From NCBI GenBank assembly GCA_017610325.1, contig JAFCCF010000010.1:1-44821 (forward strand): a stretch of 44,821 bases of DNA. Direction: 5' to 3'. The notes under the pieces are model-generated. The model was not told where the DNA came from. It saw nothing but the letters and a program-made list of their open reading frames with translations, and ran no database searches. The translations under genes were made by a program, and so were the position numbers. Below, piece by piece: positions 35,723 to 44,798 of the stretch (positions are counted from its first letter, which is position 1; each line of letters starts with the position of its first letter). This DNA is from Candidatus Aminicenantes bacterium (GTDB taxonomy: Archaea > Nanobdellota > Nanobdellia > Woesearchaeales > JAFCCF01).

Positions 35723-37206
35723 TTGTCTGGACTCACAAAATCAATCTTCGAGAGGCTGTATGAAAAACTATCCCTGTCAAGAATGTTCTCTGTCTTTTTC
35801 TGACCACCATCCCAATACTCATGTTTATAAGTATATTCATAGTAAAGCTTGGGGCTGATTGTCCTTTCTTCTTCAAGCTCCTCCATTATAAAGCTAAGAG
35901 GAACCTCAAATGATACATATGAGCCAACATTTCCAAGTGCGTTATTAGAGGTTAAGACCTCTGTTCCAAGCAGCTCCTGGTTCTGGCCAAATACCTCAAT
36001 CATGTTGAATTTTGGGCCTGAGACCAGGTCAGCATGATCATCAGTAAGCCTTGCAGTAATCTCTATCTTGTCACTCTTTGTAGTTGTGATACTATCAATC
36101 TTGAATGGCTGGTTCATTGAAGATTCAGTATTAAATGTAAAGTAAGTTGTTGATTTCTCACTTGCAAAGGTCTTTGTTAGCACATTTGTCCTTATCTGGG
36201 ACATGCATTCACCATCAGAGCACGCGAATTCAAGATAGTCTCCATATGACCTTGCACATTTGCCGCAGTCTTGCGGACAGGTGCATTTGTTTTCTCCAGC
36301 AGCAGATTCGCATTTGTAGTTCTGGCACCTGTTAGGAACCCTCTCATGCTTGCAGAATGCAGTGCCTTCAATACACAAATCAAGTGTTGCTGGATTCCCA
36401 TCATCACAACCTGCCGGTACACATTCCACAATTTTTGTTGGGTTTACAAATATAAGCGGCGATACAATGCTGTAGTCAACTGAGCCGCGCTTTATCTCAT
36501 CATCCCTTCCAGCTGTTCTGTATTTGTATTCATAGAACACCTTAAGCTTTGATGTCTTTAGCTCAAACTCCTGCCCAGGATATTCATATGATATCATCAT
36601 CTCATCAGTTGCCTTATCCCCTATATCAAACATTATCTTCTCAACATTTGTCTCCCCAAGGATGATTTCCTTCCTGTTGATTGTGGCAATGTACTGTATT
36701 TTTGATACTTGGGGTTCAATAGTATTTGTGGAAATATCTGTGAGTTCTATCTCAAAAACAATCAAATCTTCATCTATGTTAAATATCTGGTTAAATGTTG
36801 CCTTGAATGATACCTTAAACCCGCTTAAGCTTAGGATTTTTGAGAATGGCTGGGGTGTGATCTCCTCGCTTTGTTTGACTGCAAGCACACATCTGTCAAC
36901 CTCATCACACCATGGTTCTAGATAACTGCTGGTTATGTTAAATGTGGTAATGCCGCACTTGCCGCAGTCTGCAGGAGCATTGCATTTTGTCTCGCCAAGC
37001 TCAGGCTCGCACTTTTTGTTGCCAACATGACAGTCAGTAATCAGGTCATGCACGCACAGGTTATTTGTTTCCTTGGTGCAATAGTCAGTTGTGCATGCAT
37101 TGCCATCATCACAGGTTTCAGGGCATTTATTGCCGCAGCCAGAGACAAGCAAAACAGCAAGCGCAATAATCAAAAGCAGAACTATAGAACATTTCACCTC
37201 TTTCAT
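35719..37206 (-). CDS. Cys-rich putative lipoprotein (495 aa) made of two tandem copies of a Cys-knot-like module plus a beta-rich domain.
   Basis: The signal peptide has a lipobox (LLVSGC). CPETCDDGNACTTDYC...CGKCG (aa 28-85) is repeated as CVPAGCDDGNPATLDLC...CGKCA (aa 262-318). Both halves end in [IL]xFV[NS]P. Confidence 0.75.
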   Translation of the reverse strand: MKEVKCSIVLLLIIALAVLLVSGCGNKCPETCDDGNACTTDYCTKETNNLCVHDLITDCHVGNKKCEPELGETKCNAPADCGKCGITTFNITSSYLEPWCDEVDRCVLAVKQSEEITPQPFSKILSLSGFKVSFKATFNQIFNIDEDLIVFEIELTDISTNTIEPQVSKIQYIATINRKEIILGETNVEKIMFDIGDKATDEMMISYEYPGQEFELKTSKLKVFYEYKYRTAGRDDEIKRGSVDYSIVSPLIFVNPTKIVECVPAGCDDGNPATLDLCIEGTAFCKHERVPNRCQNYKCESAAGENKCTCPQDCGKCARSYGDYLEFACSDGECMSQIRTNVLTKTFASEKSTTYFTFNTESSMNQPFKIDSITTTKSDKIEITARLTDDHADLVSGPKFNMIEVFGQNQELLGTEVLTSNNALGNVGSYVSFEVPLSFIMEELEEERTISPKLYYEYTYKHEYWDGGQKKTENILDRDSFSYSLSKIDFVSPDK

Positions 37207-37274
37207 ACATTATTCTTTGAAATAACTAGTATTTATATGTTGTGGAAAAATAAGAGAAAGAGAAAAGAAAAAAA

Positions 37275-37496
37275 TTATTTTACAATTTCATACTCTTTGA
37301 CAAGCAGTGCAACAAACAATATCAGCACGATTACACCTGCAACCAGCAGTGAGATGCCGTAGCTCATTGATGCATACGTGCCTGATACAAGAGCATAGAA
37401 ACCATAAGCCATGATACCAAAGCCGAGCCAGAGAAACTTGTCCAGCACCATCTTCATTATCTCAAATTCTTCAGATTGAGTTAGTCTTTTTTTCAT
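37275..37496 (-). CDS. Small two-TM membrane protein (73 aa).
   Basis: The ATG at 37496 lies 7 nt after GAGGTG, which directly follows the upstream stop. There are two hydrophobic helices (FLWLGFGIMAYGFYALV and ISLLVAGVIVLILFVALLV). Confidence 0.55.
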   Translation of the reverse strand: MKKRLTQSEEFEIMKMVLDKFLWLGFGIMAYGFYALVSGTYASMSYGISLLVAGVIVLILFVALLVKEYEIVK

Positions 37497-37509
37497 TATC
37501 ATGCACCTC

Positions 37510-38001
37510 TCATGTTGTAATGTCAATTGCCAGGTCTTTTGTTGCCTCATAATCACCGCCAGTCTGCTGCTTAATCTTAAATCTTACCAGGTAAAGGCCA
37601 GCACTTGCACCGTTCTTTGGCGAAACCAGGATATTCCATGAATTTATCTGGTCACGGCCCATCTTGACAGTATCAAGGTTAGCCTTCATCCAGCTACTAT
37701 CCCAGTCACCAGTTGTCTCCAGCTGGAAATCATACTCCTGGTCAAGGGTGTTCATGAATGCAAGCGTGGTCTTGGTCATCTTGTCATTTGAACGCAGGTT
37801 CAGCTGAGTAGGAGATAGTGTTACTGGGTTATCTCTTGTTGGCGGGTTTGTGAGCTGGTCTGGTGTGACCTGTTTTACGGTATCGTCAAGCTGCATAAAC
37901 ATGCCCCTCATAAATGAGATTCCCAGGCCAAGCATTGTGAGTGCCAGCACAAGAATAACAATAGCATTAACAGAAAGCGATAAGCTACCTCTTTTTCTCA
38001 T
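37510..38001 (-). CDS. Archaeal type IV pilin-like protein (163 aa) with a class III signal peptide.
   Basis: The ATG at 38001 lies 6 nt after GAGGTG. The N-terminus is MRKRGSLSLSVNAIVILVLALTMLGLG, that is RG followed by a hydrophobic helix as in archaeal Pilin_N. Confidence 0.65.
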   Translation of the reverse strand: MRKRGSLSLSVNAIVILVLALTMLGLGISFMRGMFMQLDDTVKQVTPDQLTNPPTRDNPVTLSPTQLNLRSNDKMTKTTLAFMNTLDQEYDFQLETTGDWDSSWMKANLDTVKMGRDQINSWNILVSPKNGASAGLYLVRFKIKQQTGGDYEATKDLAIDITT

Positions 38002-38167
38002 ATAATTCACCTCGTTTTTAATGATTAACCAGTAATGGTATTTTAGCTATATATACCTTATTTATTGCACTACTTATTTATAAAACTTTCTATAAATGTG
38101 AGTAAGGACTATAATCAATAGAAACATTTAAAAACAACTAACTTTCCACAGAGTTAAGTGAGTTTAA

Positions 38168-38692
38168 ATGGCAAGACTGAGAAAAGCAGTTGCTTACAGG
38201 AGGCTGGAGAGGCCTTACACGAGGAAGAGCAAGTACAGGAAGAGAAATTTTGTTAGGGCTAGCCCTCAAAATAATGTTGTTCGTTTTGACATGGGTAATA
38301 TGGAGAAGAAGTTTAATACTCACCTTGACCTGATATCAAAAGAAGACCTGCAGATAAGGCATAATGCTATTGAGAGCGCAAGGCTCACTGCAAACAGGGC
38401 ACTTGAAGGTAAACTAGGAAAATCAGGTTTTCACCTCAAAATTAGGATATTTCCGCATCATATTCTTAGAGAGAATCCACTTGCAGCTGGTGCAGGGGCA
38501 GACAGGATGAGCACTGGTATGAAAAAATCATTTGGAAAGCCTATTAGCCTTGCTGCACGCGTTAAAAAAGGTAAGGTTCTTATGACACTGAGAATTGACA
38601 AGCAAAATCTTCCGCTTGCCAGAACAGCTTTAAGAAGGTCAGCTGCAAAGATGCCATGCACATGCTCTGTACAGATTACAGAACAGAAATAA
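38168..38692 (+). CDS. rpl10e: 50S ribosomal protein L10e (uL16).
   Basis: MARLRKAVAYRRLERPYTRKSKYRKRNFVRASPQNNVVRFDMGN is the characteristic L10e N-terminus. Confidence 0.85.
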   Translation: MARLRKAVAYRRLERPYTRKSKYRKRNFVRASPQNNVVRFDMGNMEKKFNTHLDLISKEDLQIRHNAIESARLTANRALEGKLGKSGFHLKIRIFPHHILRENPLAAGAGADRMSTGMKKSFGKPISLAARVKKGKVLMTLRIDKQNLPLARTALRRSAAKMPCTCSVQITEQK

Positions 38693-39623
38693 TCTTTTTC
38701 TTTAAATCAGCAGGATTTGTTAATGCTTCTAGTTTAAACTGTTCAATCTTTGATTTTTCAGTTATATCTGTCTTGCTGACATAAACCAGCATGTTCTTTC
38801 CAGATGATTTTATCTTCTCATAGAGCTTCATCTGTTGGTCAAGAGGGTATGGTTCTGTCAGGTCAAAGATGTATACAATAAGGTCAGCGAGGTAATCTAT
38901 GGCAAGCATTGCCTGCATCTCAATTGCATTCATCTTCCCAAACCTGTCAAGTGCTCCTGGCACGTCAAGCACCTGCACATCTTTGTCATCTTCTTTTATG
39001 TATGCCACGTTGATATTCTTAGTGGTAAAAGGAAATGCGTTAATCTCTGGCTTTGAACCAGTCAGCTTGTACATCATTGTAGTTTTCCCAACATTTGGGA
39101 AACCAACAATAACAACTGTCTTGATATTATCCTTAATAACCGGAAAAGTCCTCATGGTTTTCCTGCAATTCTCAAGATACTTTAGCTCGCTGTCAATCTG
39201 CTTCACTACCGATGATACCCGCCCGTAGAATTCTTTCTTATGGCGGCCAAGAACACCCAAGTCTTTGCTGCCTTTTATCTTTCTTATGTATGTTTTATGG
39301 AAAAAATCAATCTTTTTGACAGCCCAGTTAAGTGCTCCAAACGATTTCTTTAGCCTTGGATAATCAAGCAATGTTTTGATTAGCTCAATATAGAACCTTG
39401 GCAGCACGCTAATACTTGGAAATGCCGTGAGAACCTTCATCAAATTATTGTTGAGCTTTGCTCTTACAATATCCAGGCGTGACAGCTCAACTCTTTTTTT
39501 CTTCTGGAGCTTATCAAGACGTCCGCGTATCTTAAACTCGCCAGTTCTTTTTCTTGCAGATGAAAACGCATTCTCAAGGTAAAACTTGCTGTTCTCAACT
39601 TTTGGTATGTATTGGAAGTCCAT
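38676..39623 (-). CDS. NOG1/MJ1464-family GTP-binding protein.
   Basis: G1 is GFPNVGKTT, G2 is FPFTTK and G3 is DVPG. The N-terminal helical NOG1-type domain includes FPSISVLPRFYIELI. The ATG at 39623 is preferred over the GTG at 39632. The 3' end overlaps rpl10e convergently by 17 nt. Confidence 0.75.
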   Translation of the reverse strand: MDFQYIPKVENSKFYLENAFSSARKRTGEFKIRGRLDKLQKKKRVELSRLDIVRAKLNNNLMKVLTAFPSISVLPRFYIELIKTLLDYPRLKKSFGALNWAVKKIDFFHKTYIRKIKGSKDLGVLGRHKKEFYGRVSSVVKQIDSELKYLENCRKTMRTFPVIKDNIKTVVIVGFPNVGKTTMMYKLTGSKPEINAFPFTTKNINVAYIKEDDKDVQVLDVPGALDRFGKMNAIEMQAMLAIDYLADLIVYIFDLTEPYPLDQQMKLYEKIKSSGKNMLVYVSKTDITEKSKIEQFKLEALTNPADLKKKIISVL

Positions 39624-39685
39624 GATAGCCACCCATAATCCCCTGTTGTATATATGTTTTTTGATTCTCTGAATAATCCCAAAAC

Positions 39686-39733
39686 TTTATAAATGACTGA
39701 TTAATCCTTTCCTCTATGACACTTATAAGGAGG
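39686..39733 (+). promoter_or_regulatory. TATA-like box TTTATAAA (39686-39693) and GGAGG ribosome-binding site (39729-39733) upstream of rps6e.
   Basis: Read directly. GGAGG lies 7 nt upstream of the ATG at 39741, and the TATA box is about 50 nt upstream. Confidence 0.4.
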
Positions 39734-39740
39734 ATTAAAC

Positions 39741-40280
39741 ATGGCTGATTTCAAGATTATAATTGCAGATCCAAAAACAGGTAAATGCGCACAGAGAGAA
39801 ATAAAAGACCAAGAAGCTGATGTTCTGGTTGGGCTGAAGATTAGAGATAAGGTTAAGGGAGAACACATGGGCCTTGCTGGTTATGAGTTTGAGATAACTG
39901 GTGGCAGTGACCATTGTGGGTTTCCTATGAGGAAGGATGTCTCAGGTCAGGCAAGAAAAAAGATTCTGGCAGTGGAAGGAGTAGGAGTTAAAAAGAAAGA
40001 CGACGGAATAAAGCAGAGAAAAACTGTGTGTGGTAATACAATACATGCAAAGATTGCCCAGGTTAATCTTAAAACCCTAACTTATGGTAAAGAGAATCTC
40101 TTTGAGGGGGAAAAAGAGGAGGCACCAGCAAAAGGAGAGGCAAAAGCAGAAACACGAAAAGAGCAAAGCTCTTTTGTGTCCCAGAAACCAAAAGTTTCTG
40201 TGAAGCCAGCAGAAAAGAAAGAAGAAGTGAAAAAGCCTGAGCAAAAGCCAGAGCCAAAACAAGAGGAAAAAAAGGAATAA
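39741..40280 (+). CDS. rps6e: 30S ribosomal protein S6e with a C-terminal Lys/Glu-rich extension of about 55 aa.
   Basis: MADFKIIIADPKTGKCAQREI...GYEFEITGGSDHCGFPMRKDV...RKTVCGNTI is typical of S6e. The tail shares ETRKEQSSFVSQKPKVSVKPAE with S3Ae. Confidence 0.85.
   Translation: MADFKIIIADPKTGKCAQREIKDQEADVLVGLKIRDKVKGEHMGLAGYEFEITGGSDHCGFPMRKDVSGQARKKILAVEGVGVKKKDDGIKQRKTVCGNTIHAKIAQVNLKTLTYGKENLFEGEKEEAPAKGEAKAETRKEQSSFVSQKPKVSVKPAEKKEEVKKPEQKPEPKQEEKKE
40148..40214 (+). repeat. Copy 2 of the perfect 67-nt direct repeat, inside the S6e tail.
   Basis: Identical to 31360-31426, in the same reading frame relative to its host CDS. Confidence 0.9.
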
Positions 40281-40283
40281 ACA

Positions 40284-41522
40284 ATGCCCAAAAGAGAATC
40301 AATTCAGCCAGAGATTAATATTGGTTTAGTTGGGCATGTTGACCATGGCAAGACCACACTGACTGAGAAACTTTCTGGCAAGTGGACCGACACTCATTCT
40401 GAAGAAGTTAAGCGTGGTATTACTATCAGGCTTGGTTATGCAGACTCAATATTCAGGAAATGTCCCAAATGTAGGGGTGCGCATGCATACACTGTTAAAG
40501 ACAAGTGCGCAAAATGCAGTAGCGAAACAACTCCATTAAGAAAAGTATCCTTTGTTGATGCACCTGGGCACGAGAGCCTGATGGCAACAATGTTATCTGG
40601 TGCAATAATTATGGACGGCGCACTGTTATTGATTTCTGCTACAGAGGAATGTCCACAGCCGCAGACAAGGGAGCATCTTATGGGCCTGCAGATTATTGGA
40701 ATCGAAAAAATTGTTGTTGTGCAAAATAAGATTGACCTTGTGACATCTGAGCAGGCCAAGAAGAATTACAAGCAAATAAAAGAATTCCTGAAAAATACAC
40801 CCTATAAAGATGCGCCAATTATACCTGTATCTGCGCTTCACTCAGCAAACATTGATGTTCTTATCGAGATAATCGAAAAGACAATCCCAACTCCAAAGAG
40901 AAATGATAAAAAACCACCCATGATGTTCGTTGCAAGGAGCTTTGACATCAACAACCCAGGTTCTAAGATAGATGGCCTGAAGGGCGGGGTGCTCGGCGGT
41001 GCTTTGAAGGAAGGAAAGCTCAAGGTTGGAGATGAGGTAGAGATAAAGCCTGGCTACTCAGTAGAAGAAAAGAACCAGAAGGTTTGGAAGCCGATAAAGA
41101 CAAAGATTACTAACATAATCACAGGAGGAAAACAGGTCAAGGAAGTTGGTCCTGGCGGAAGCATAGGCATGGAAACACTGCTGGACCCGTCTGTTGTGAA
41201 ATCAGACCAGCTTGTTGGCGATATTGTTGGATTGCCAGGAAAAATGCCGCCGGTATTGGGGTCAGCAAAGCTTGAGGTTCATCTTCTCAAGAGAGTTGTT
41301 GGATCTAAGCAGGAGCTTGATGTTGAGCCGCTGAAACCAAATGAGCAGCTCATGATTAACATAAACAGTGCAGCAACAGTTGGCATTATAACAAAGGTTA
41401 GCAAGAACGAGATAGAAGTAAAACTTATCATACCAGTGTGTGCAGAAAAAGGCAGCAGGGCAACCATCAGCAGAAGAATCGCAAACAGGTTCAGGCTCAT
41501 TGGATACGGAATCCTGAAATAA
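40284..41522 (+). CDS. eif2g: Translation initiation factor aIF2 gamma subunit.
   Basis: GHVDHGKTTLTEKLSGKWTDTHSEEVKRGITI is present, along with a Zn-ribbon insert (CPKC...CAKC), DAPGHE and NKID. Confidence 0.9.
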   Translation: MPKRESIQPEINIGLVGHVDHGKTTLTEKLSGKWTDTHSEEVKRGITIRLGYADSIFRKCPKCRGAHAYTVKDKCAKCSSETTPLRKVSFVDAPGHESLMATMLSGAIIMDGALLLISATEECPQPQTREHLMGLQIIGIEKIVVVQNKIDLVTSEQAKKNYKQIKEFLKNTPYKDAPIIPVSALHSANIDVLIEIIEKTIPTPKRNDKKPPMMFVARSFDINNPGSKIDGLKGGVLGGALKEGKLKVGDEVEIKPGYSVEEKNQKVWKPIKTKITNIITGGKQVKEVGPGGSIGMETLLDPSVVKSDQLVGDIVGLPGKMPPVLGSAKLEVHLLKRVVGSKQELDVEPLKPNEQLMININSAATVGIITKVSKNEIEVKLIIPVCAEKGSRATISRRIANRFRLIGYGILK

Positions 41523-41575
41523 TTTCAGTTTTTTCTTGAAAAACTTTATATACAATAACCTTTTCTTGCTGTAAT

Positions 41576-42259
41576 ATGCTAAAAGCAATTCTTTTTGACC
41601 TTGACCAGACCTTGATAGACTTTATGCTTATGAAGAAGAAGAGCTGTGAAGCTGCAATCAATGTAATGATTAAGGCTGGATTAAAGCTTAACAAGAGCAA
41701 GGCAATGAAGATTCTGTTTGAACTATATGATGAGTTTGGAATTGAGGACCACAAGATATTCCAGAAGTTCCTTGTTAGGGTTAATGGCAATGTTGACTGG
41801 AAAATACTCAGTTACGGTGTTGTAGCTTATAGAAAAGCAAGGCAAGACTACCTCAAACCATTTCCAGGCACAAAAAAGACGCTTGCAAAGTTGAAGAAAA
41901 AGTACAAGCTGGCGCTTGTCAGCGATGCACCCAAGATTAAGGTATGGCTCAGGCTTGCAAGCATTGACATTGTTGAATATTTTGACGTTGTGATTACATT
42001 TGATGATACATACTCACTGAAGCACCAGTTTTTTCCATATGAGATGGCATTAAAGGCATTGAAGGTTAAGCCAGAAGAGTGCCTGATGGTTGGCGACAAT
42101 CCAGAGCGGGACATCACAGGCGCAAAAAAGCTTGGCATGAAAACCTGCCTTGCAACATATAGTTATTTATGGTCAAAGGATACTGCGAAAAAAGCAAAGC
42201 CAGACTTCACGATAAAAAAAATTGAAGAACTTCTGAAAGTTGTTGAGAATGCAAACTAA
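41576..42259 (+). CDS. HAD-superfamily hydrolase (subfamily IA-like phosphatase).
   Basis: Motif I is ILFDLDQTLIDF, motif II is LVSDA and motifs III/IV are K...VGDNPERDITGAKKLGMKT. Confidence 0.75.
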   Translation: MLKAILFDLDQTLIDFMLMKKKSCEAAINVMIKAGLKLNKSKAMKILFELYDEFGIEDHKIFQKFLVRVNGNVDWKILSYGVVAYRKARQDYLKPFPGTKKTLAKLKKKYKLALVSDAPKIKVWLRLASIDIVEYFDVVITFDDTYSLKHQFFPYEMALKALKVKPEECLMVGDNPERDITGAKKLGMKTCLATYSYLWSKDTAKKAKPDFTIKKIEELLKVVENAN

Positions 42260-43743
42260 ATAATCTTGATTGTGTCTAATTGTGCGGTTAGTTTCTTTGC
42301 TCTTGCCAGCTTGTCTTTGTTGTCAGAATAAATTGTAAACAGCCTGTTGCCCCTGTTTACCTTCTGGTTAAGAAGCACATACAGGTAGATGCCAGCCTCC
42401 TTGTCTTTTGGTGCGCCTGCAATCTTAGCAAGCTTTGAAACAAATCTGTTGCTTATCTTGTGGATTGTGCCATCTCTTGGGGCCTTGTATGTATACTTGA
42501 ACTTTCCAATCTTTAATTTGTCTGGCCTCAGGCTCTTGCCGCCCTGCGCCTTGACAATCTCTGCAAATTTCTTATATGCTTTGCCTGAAATCAGAATCTG
42601 CTCTGCAAGCTTTGCTCCCTGGCCATGCGGCCTCTTGCCAGCCAGCTCAAAAATCATACCAGCTAGCATCACTGATTTGTCTCGAAGGTCCTTTGGGGCT
42701 CTCTTGTCATTCTTCAGCACCCATAACACATCACGCGCCTCAAACACAGGCCCGATTCCATTACCAATTGGCTGCCTGCCATCAGTCAACACAACCTTAA
42801 TTTTAAAACCAAGGCTGCGACCAATCTCTTCAAATCTTTGCTTGAGATATATTGAATCCTTCCTGCTTTTTATCTTGCCACCTACTGGTATGTCAATAAG
42901 AAGATGCGTAGCTGAGACACTTTTTTTCTTTGCAAGGATGCTTGCCAGTAGCTGTCCTTTTGGGTCAAGTGAAACTTCATGTTCTACATTAATAATCTTG
43001 TCATCTGCAGGAGCAAGGTTCATTGTTCCGCCCCAGACCATACAGCCACCTGTTTTCTGCACAATGCCTTTGAGACGCTTAATGTCAAATGACACCTTTG
43101 CCAGCACCTCCATTGTGTCAGCTGTGCCTGCTGGTGAGGTTATTGACCTTGAACTGGTTTTTGGCATCAAAAGCCCGGCAGCTGCAACAATCGGTACAAC
43201 TATCATGGTTGTCCTGTTGCCGGCAACACCACCAATACAGTGCTTGTCAACCACAGGGTGTGTATTGAAACTAATTGTCTGGCCTGTCTTTAGAATTGCC
43301 CTTGTCAGGTATATGGTTTCATGAACCGTAAGCTCATGTATGTAGCATGCAGATACAAAGTATGTAACCTCAACCCGGGTAAGCTTGTTAGTAACTATGT
43401 CACCTATTATCTCATCAAACTCTTCCTGGCTGAGCCTTTTTCCTCTAAGTTTCTTCCTTATGTAATGGAGAGAATTTGGGTAGTGAGAAATGCCAATGCT
43501 TACAGTATCACCTGGCTTAAAGCCAGATTCCTTTTGTAGTTCCCTGTAGATTCCAATGCTCCCCTCTGGTACAATCTTCTTGCTGTTTGTTATGTTGATT
43601 GCTGTGACAACCTTTTTCTTGCCTTTGCTTATTTCAATCCTGTCGCCGCTGAACAGGTCAAACTTCTCAGCGTCCTTGTTGTTGAGTGTTGCTATAAATA
43701 CATCTCCAGTACTAATATCAAGATCTTTTACTTTGAGTCTCAT
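42256..43743 (-). CDS. deoA: AMP phosphorylase (archaeal thymidine-phosphorylase-family enzyme with an N-terminal extension).
   Basis: It is 495 aa. The N-terminal domain MRLKVKDLDISTGDVFIATLNNKDAEKFDLFSGDRIEI is typical of archaeal AMPpase. Core motifs are DKHCIGGVAGNRTT and PKTSSRSITSPAGTADTMEVL. Confidence 0.8.
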   Translation of the reverse strand: MRLKVKDLDISTGDVFIATLNNKDAEKFDLFSGDRIEISKGKKKVVTAINITNSKKIVPEGSIGIYRELQKESGFKPGDTVSIGISHYPNSLHYIRKKLRGKRLSQEEFDEIIGDIVTNKLTRVEVTYFVSACYIHELTVHETIYLTRAILKTGQTISFNTHPVVDKHCIGGVAGNRTTMIVVPIVAAAGLLMPKTSSRSITSPAGTADTMEVLAKVSFDIKRLKGIVQKTGGCMVWGGTMNLAPADDKIINVEHEVSLDPKGQLLASILAKKKSVSATHLLIDIPVGGKIKSRKDSIYLKQRFEEIGRSLGFKIKVVLTDGRQPIGNGIGPVFEARDVLWVLKNDKRAPKDLRDKSVMLAGMIFELAGKRPHGQGAKLAEQILISGKAYKKFAEIVKAQGGKSLRPDKLKIGKFKYTYKAPRDGTIHKISNRFVSKLAKIAGAPKDKEAGIYLYVLLNQKVNRGNRLFTIYSDNKDKLARAKKLTAQLDTIKII

Positions 43744-44798
43744 CTTTTAGTTTTAGCATATATTTTGACAAGTGTTAGTGCAACTGCAAGAAATAGCGGA
43801 CCAAGCACGAGTCCTGAAAATCCAAACACAGTCAGGCCGCCAAGCACGCCCAGCAGCACAACTACCGGGTGGATGTTGCCCCTATTTCCTATTAACTTTG
43901 GTCTCAGGAAATTATCAATACTGCTTACAATAATGACACCATAAATAAACAATATAATTCCTTTATACCAAGTCCCGATCCCAAGCCCATTTATGAAAAG
44001 GTACACCGACGCAGGGAGCCATATAATTCCAGTACCCCCCCATGGAAAAAGTGCTGCAATTGCCATTACAAGCCCCCATATAAGCGGAGACCTTAAGCCA
44101 AGGGCCCAGAATCCTAAACCACCAAGAGCACCCTGAATGATTGCAATAATAATGCTGCCCCAAATAACCGCATGTGTTACATTACCTATCTGCGTCAGGA
44201 CATTTTGCATATCTACCTTTTTTAACTTAATTGTCTTGCGCAGGCTTGCAACAATACTATCACCTTCTTTAAAGAAGTAGAAAAGCAGGAAGAGCATTAT
44301 AAAAAAATCGATTATTTTCTTTGGCATAGATAACAAGATGTTCGTGACCCAGCTTGTTATGAGGTTAGCAAACCTTGTTACCACAACACCCACACTTATA
44401 TATTTTTCAATTTCAAACTTGTTAATAAAGTCCTGTATTGACTCCCTTGTTGAGTCAATGAATCCAGTATGGTTTATATCAGATTCTGGACCTGGCCCAA
44501 GGTTTATTTTTGCCCAATTATATGTTTCAATAGCTTCCCGTTGTATTGAAATAAGGAGGATTATCATAGGAATTGTAAATAGAATCACTATTATTACAGA
44601 TGAAATAAGTGCTGCAGCTGTTGAGTTCTTTATTTTTCTGCGAATCCACTTGTACATCGGGTAGAGTACATAAGCAAGTACAGCTGATGTAAGTATTATG
44701 CCTATATACTGCTTGAGAATCAGGATTGCAAAGTATAATACAAATACAATAATTGCAATAGTGATGGTATTTCCTTTCTTAGTCAGGATTCTTACCAC
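43740..44798 (-). CDS. AI-2E (PerM/UPF0118) family transporter.
   Basis: It has about 7-8 TM segments, with GALGGLGFWALGLRSPLIWGLVMAIAALFPWGGTGIIWLP characteristic of PF01594-type permeases. It has a GTG start and an ATGA overlap with the downstream deoA. Confidence 0.7.
   Translation of the reverse strand: MVRILTKKGNTITIAIIVFVLYFAILILKQYIGIILTSAVLAYVLYPMYKWIRRKIKNSTAAALISSVIIVILFTIPMIILLISIQREAIETYNWAKINLGPGPESDINHTGFIDSTRESIQDFINKFEIEKYISVGVVVTRFANLITSWVTNILLSMPKKIIDFFIMLFLLFYFFKEGDSIVASLRKTIKLKKVDMQNVLTQIGNVTHAVIWGSIIIAIIQGALGGLGFWALGLRSPLIWGLVMAIAALFPWGGTGIIWLPASVYLFINGLGIGTWYKGIILFIYGVIIVSSIDNFLRPKLIGNRGNIHPVVVLLGVLGGLTVFGFSGLVLGPLFLAVALTLVKIYAKTKR

Noticed and set aside
38676-38692. 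A 17-nt convergent overlap of the rpl10e and NOG1-like GTPase 3' ends, considered as a possible antisense regulatory arrangement.
   Set aside because: Short 3' overlaps are common in this tightly packed window (also at 42256-42259 and 22975-22981). Nothing in the sequence suggests more than compaction.
42389-43324. A 311-aa ORF on the plus strand, opposite the AMP phosphorylase gene.
   Set aside because: It is a shadow ORF fully inside a gene with strong family motifs. Its translation is Ser/Leu/Pro-rich with no recognisable motif. The same reasoning applies to other antisense ORFs in the track, including 6826..7365, 17681..18193, 20413..20826, 24373..24825 and 31620..32225.
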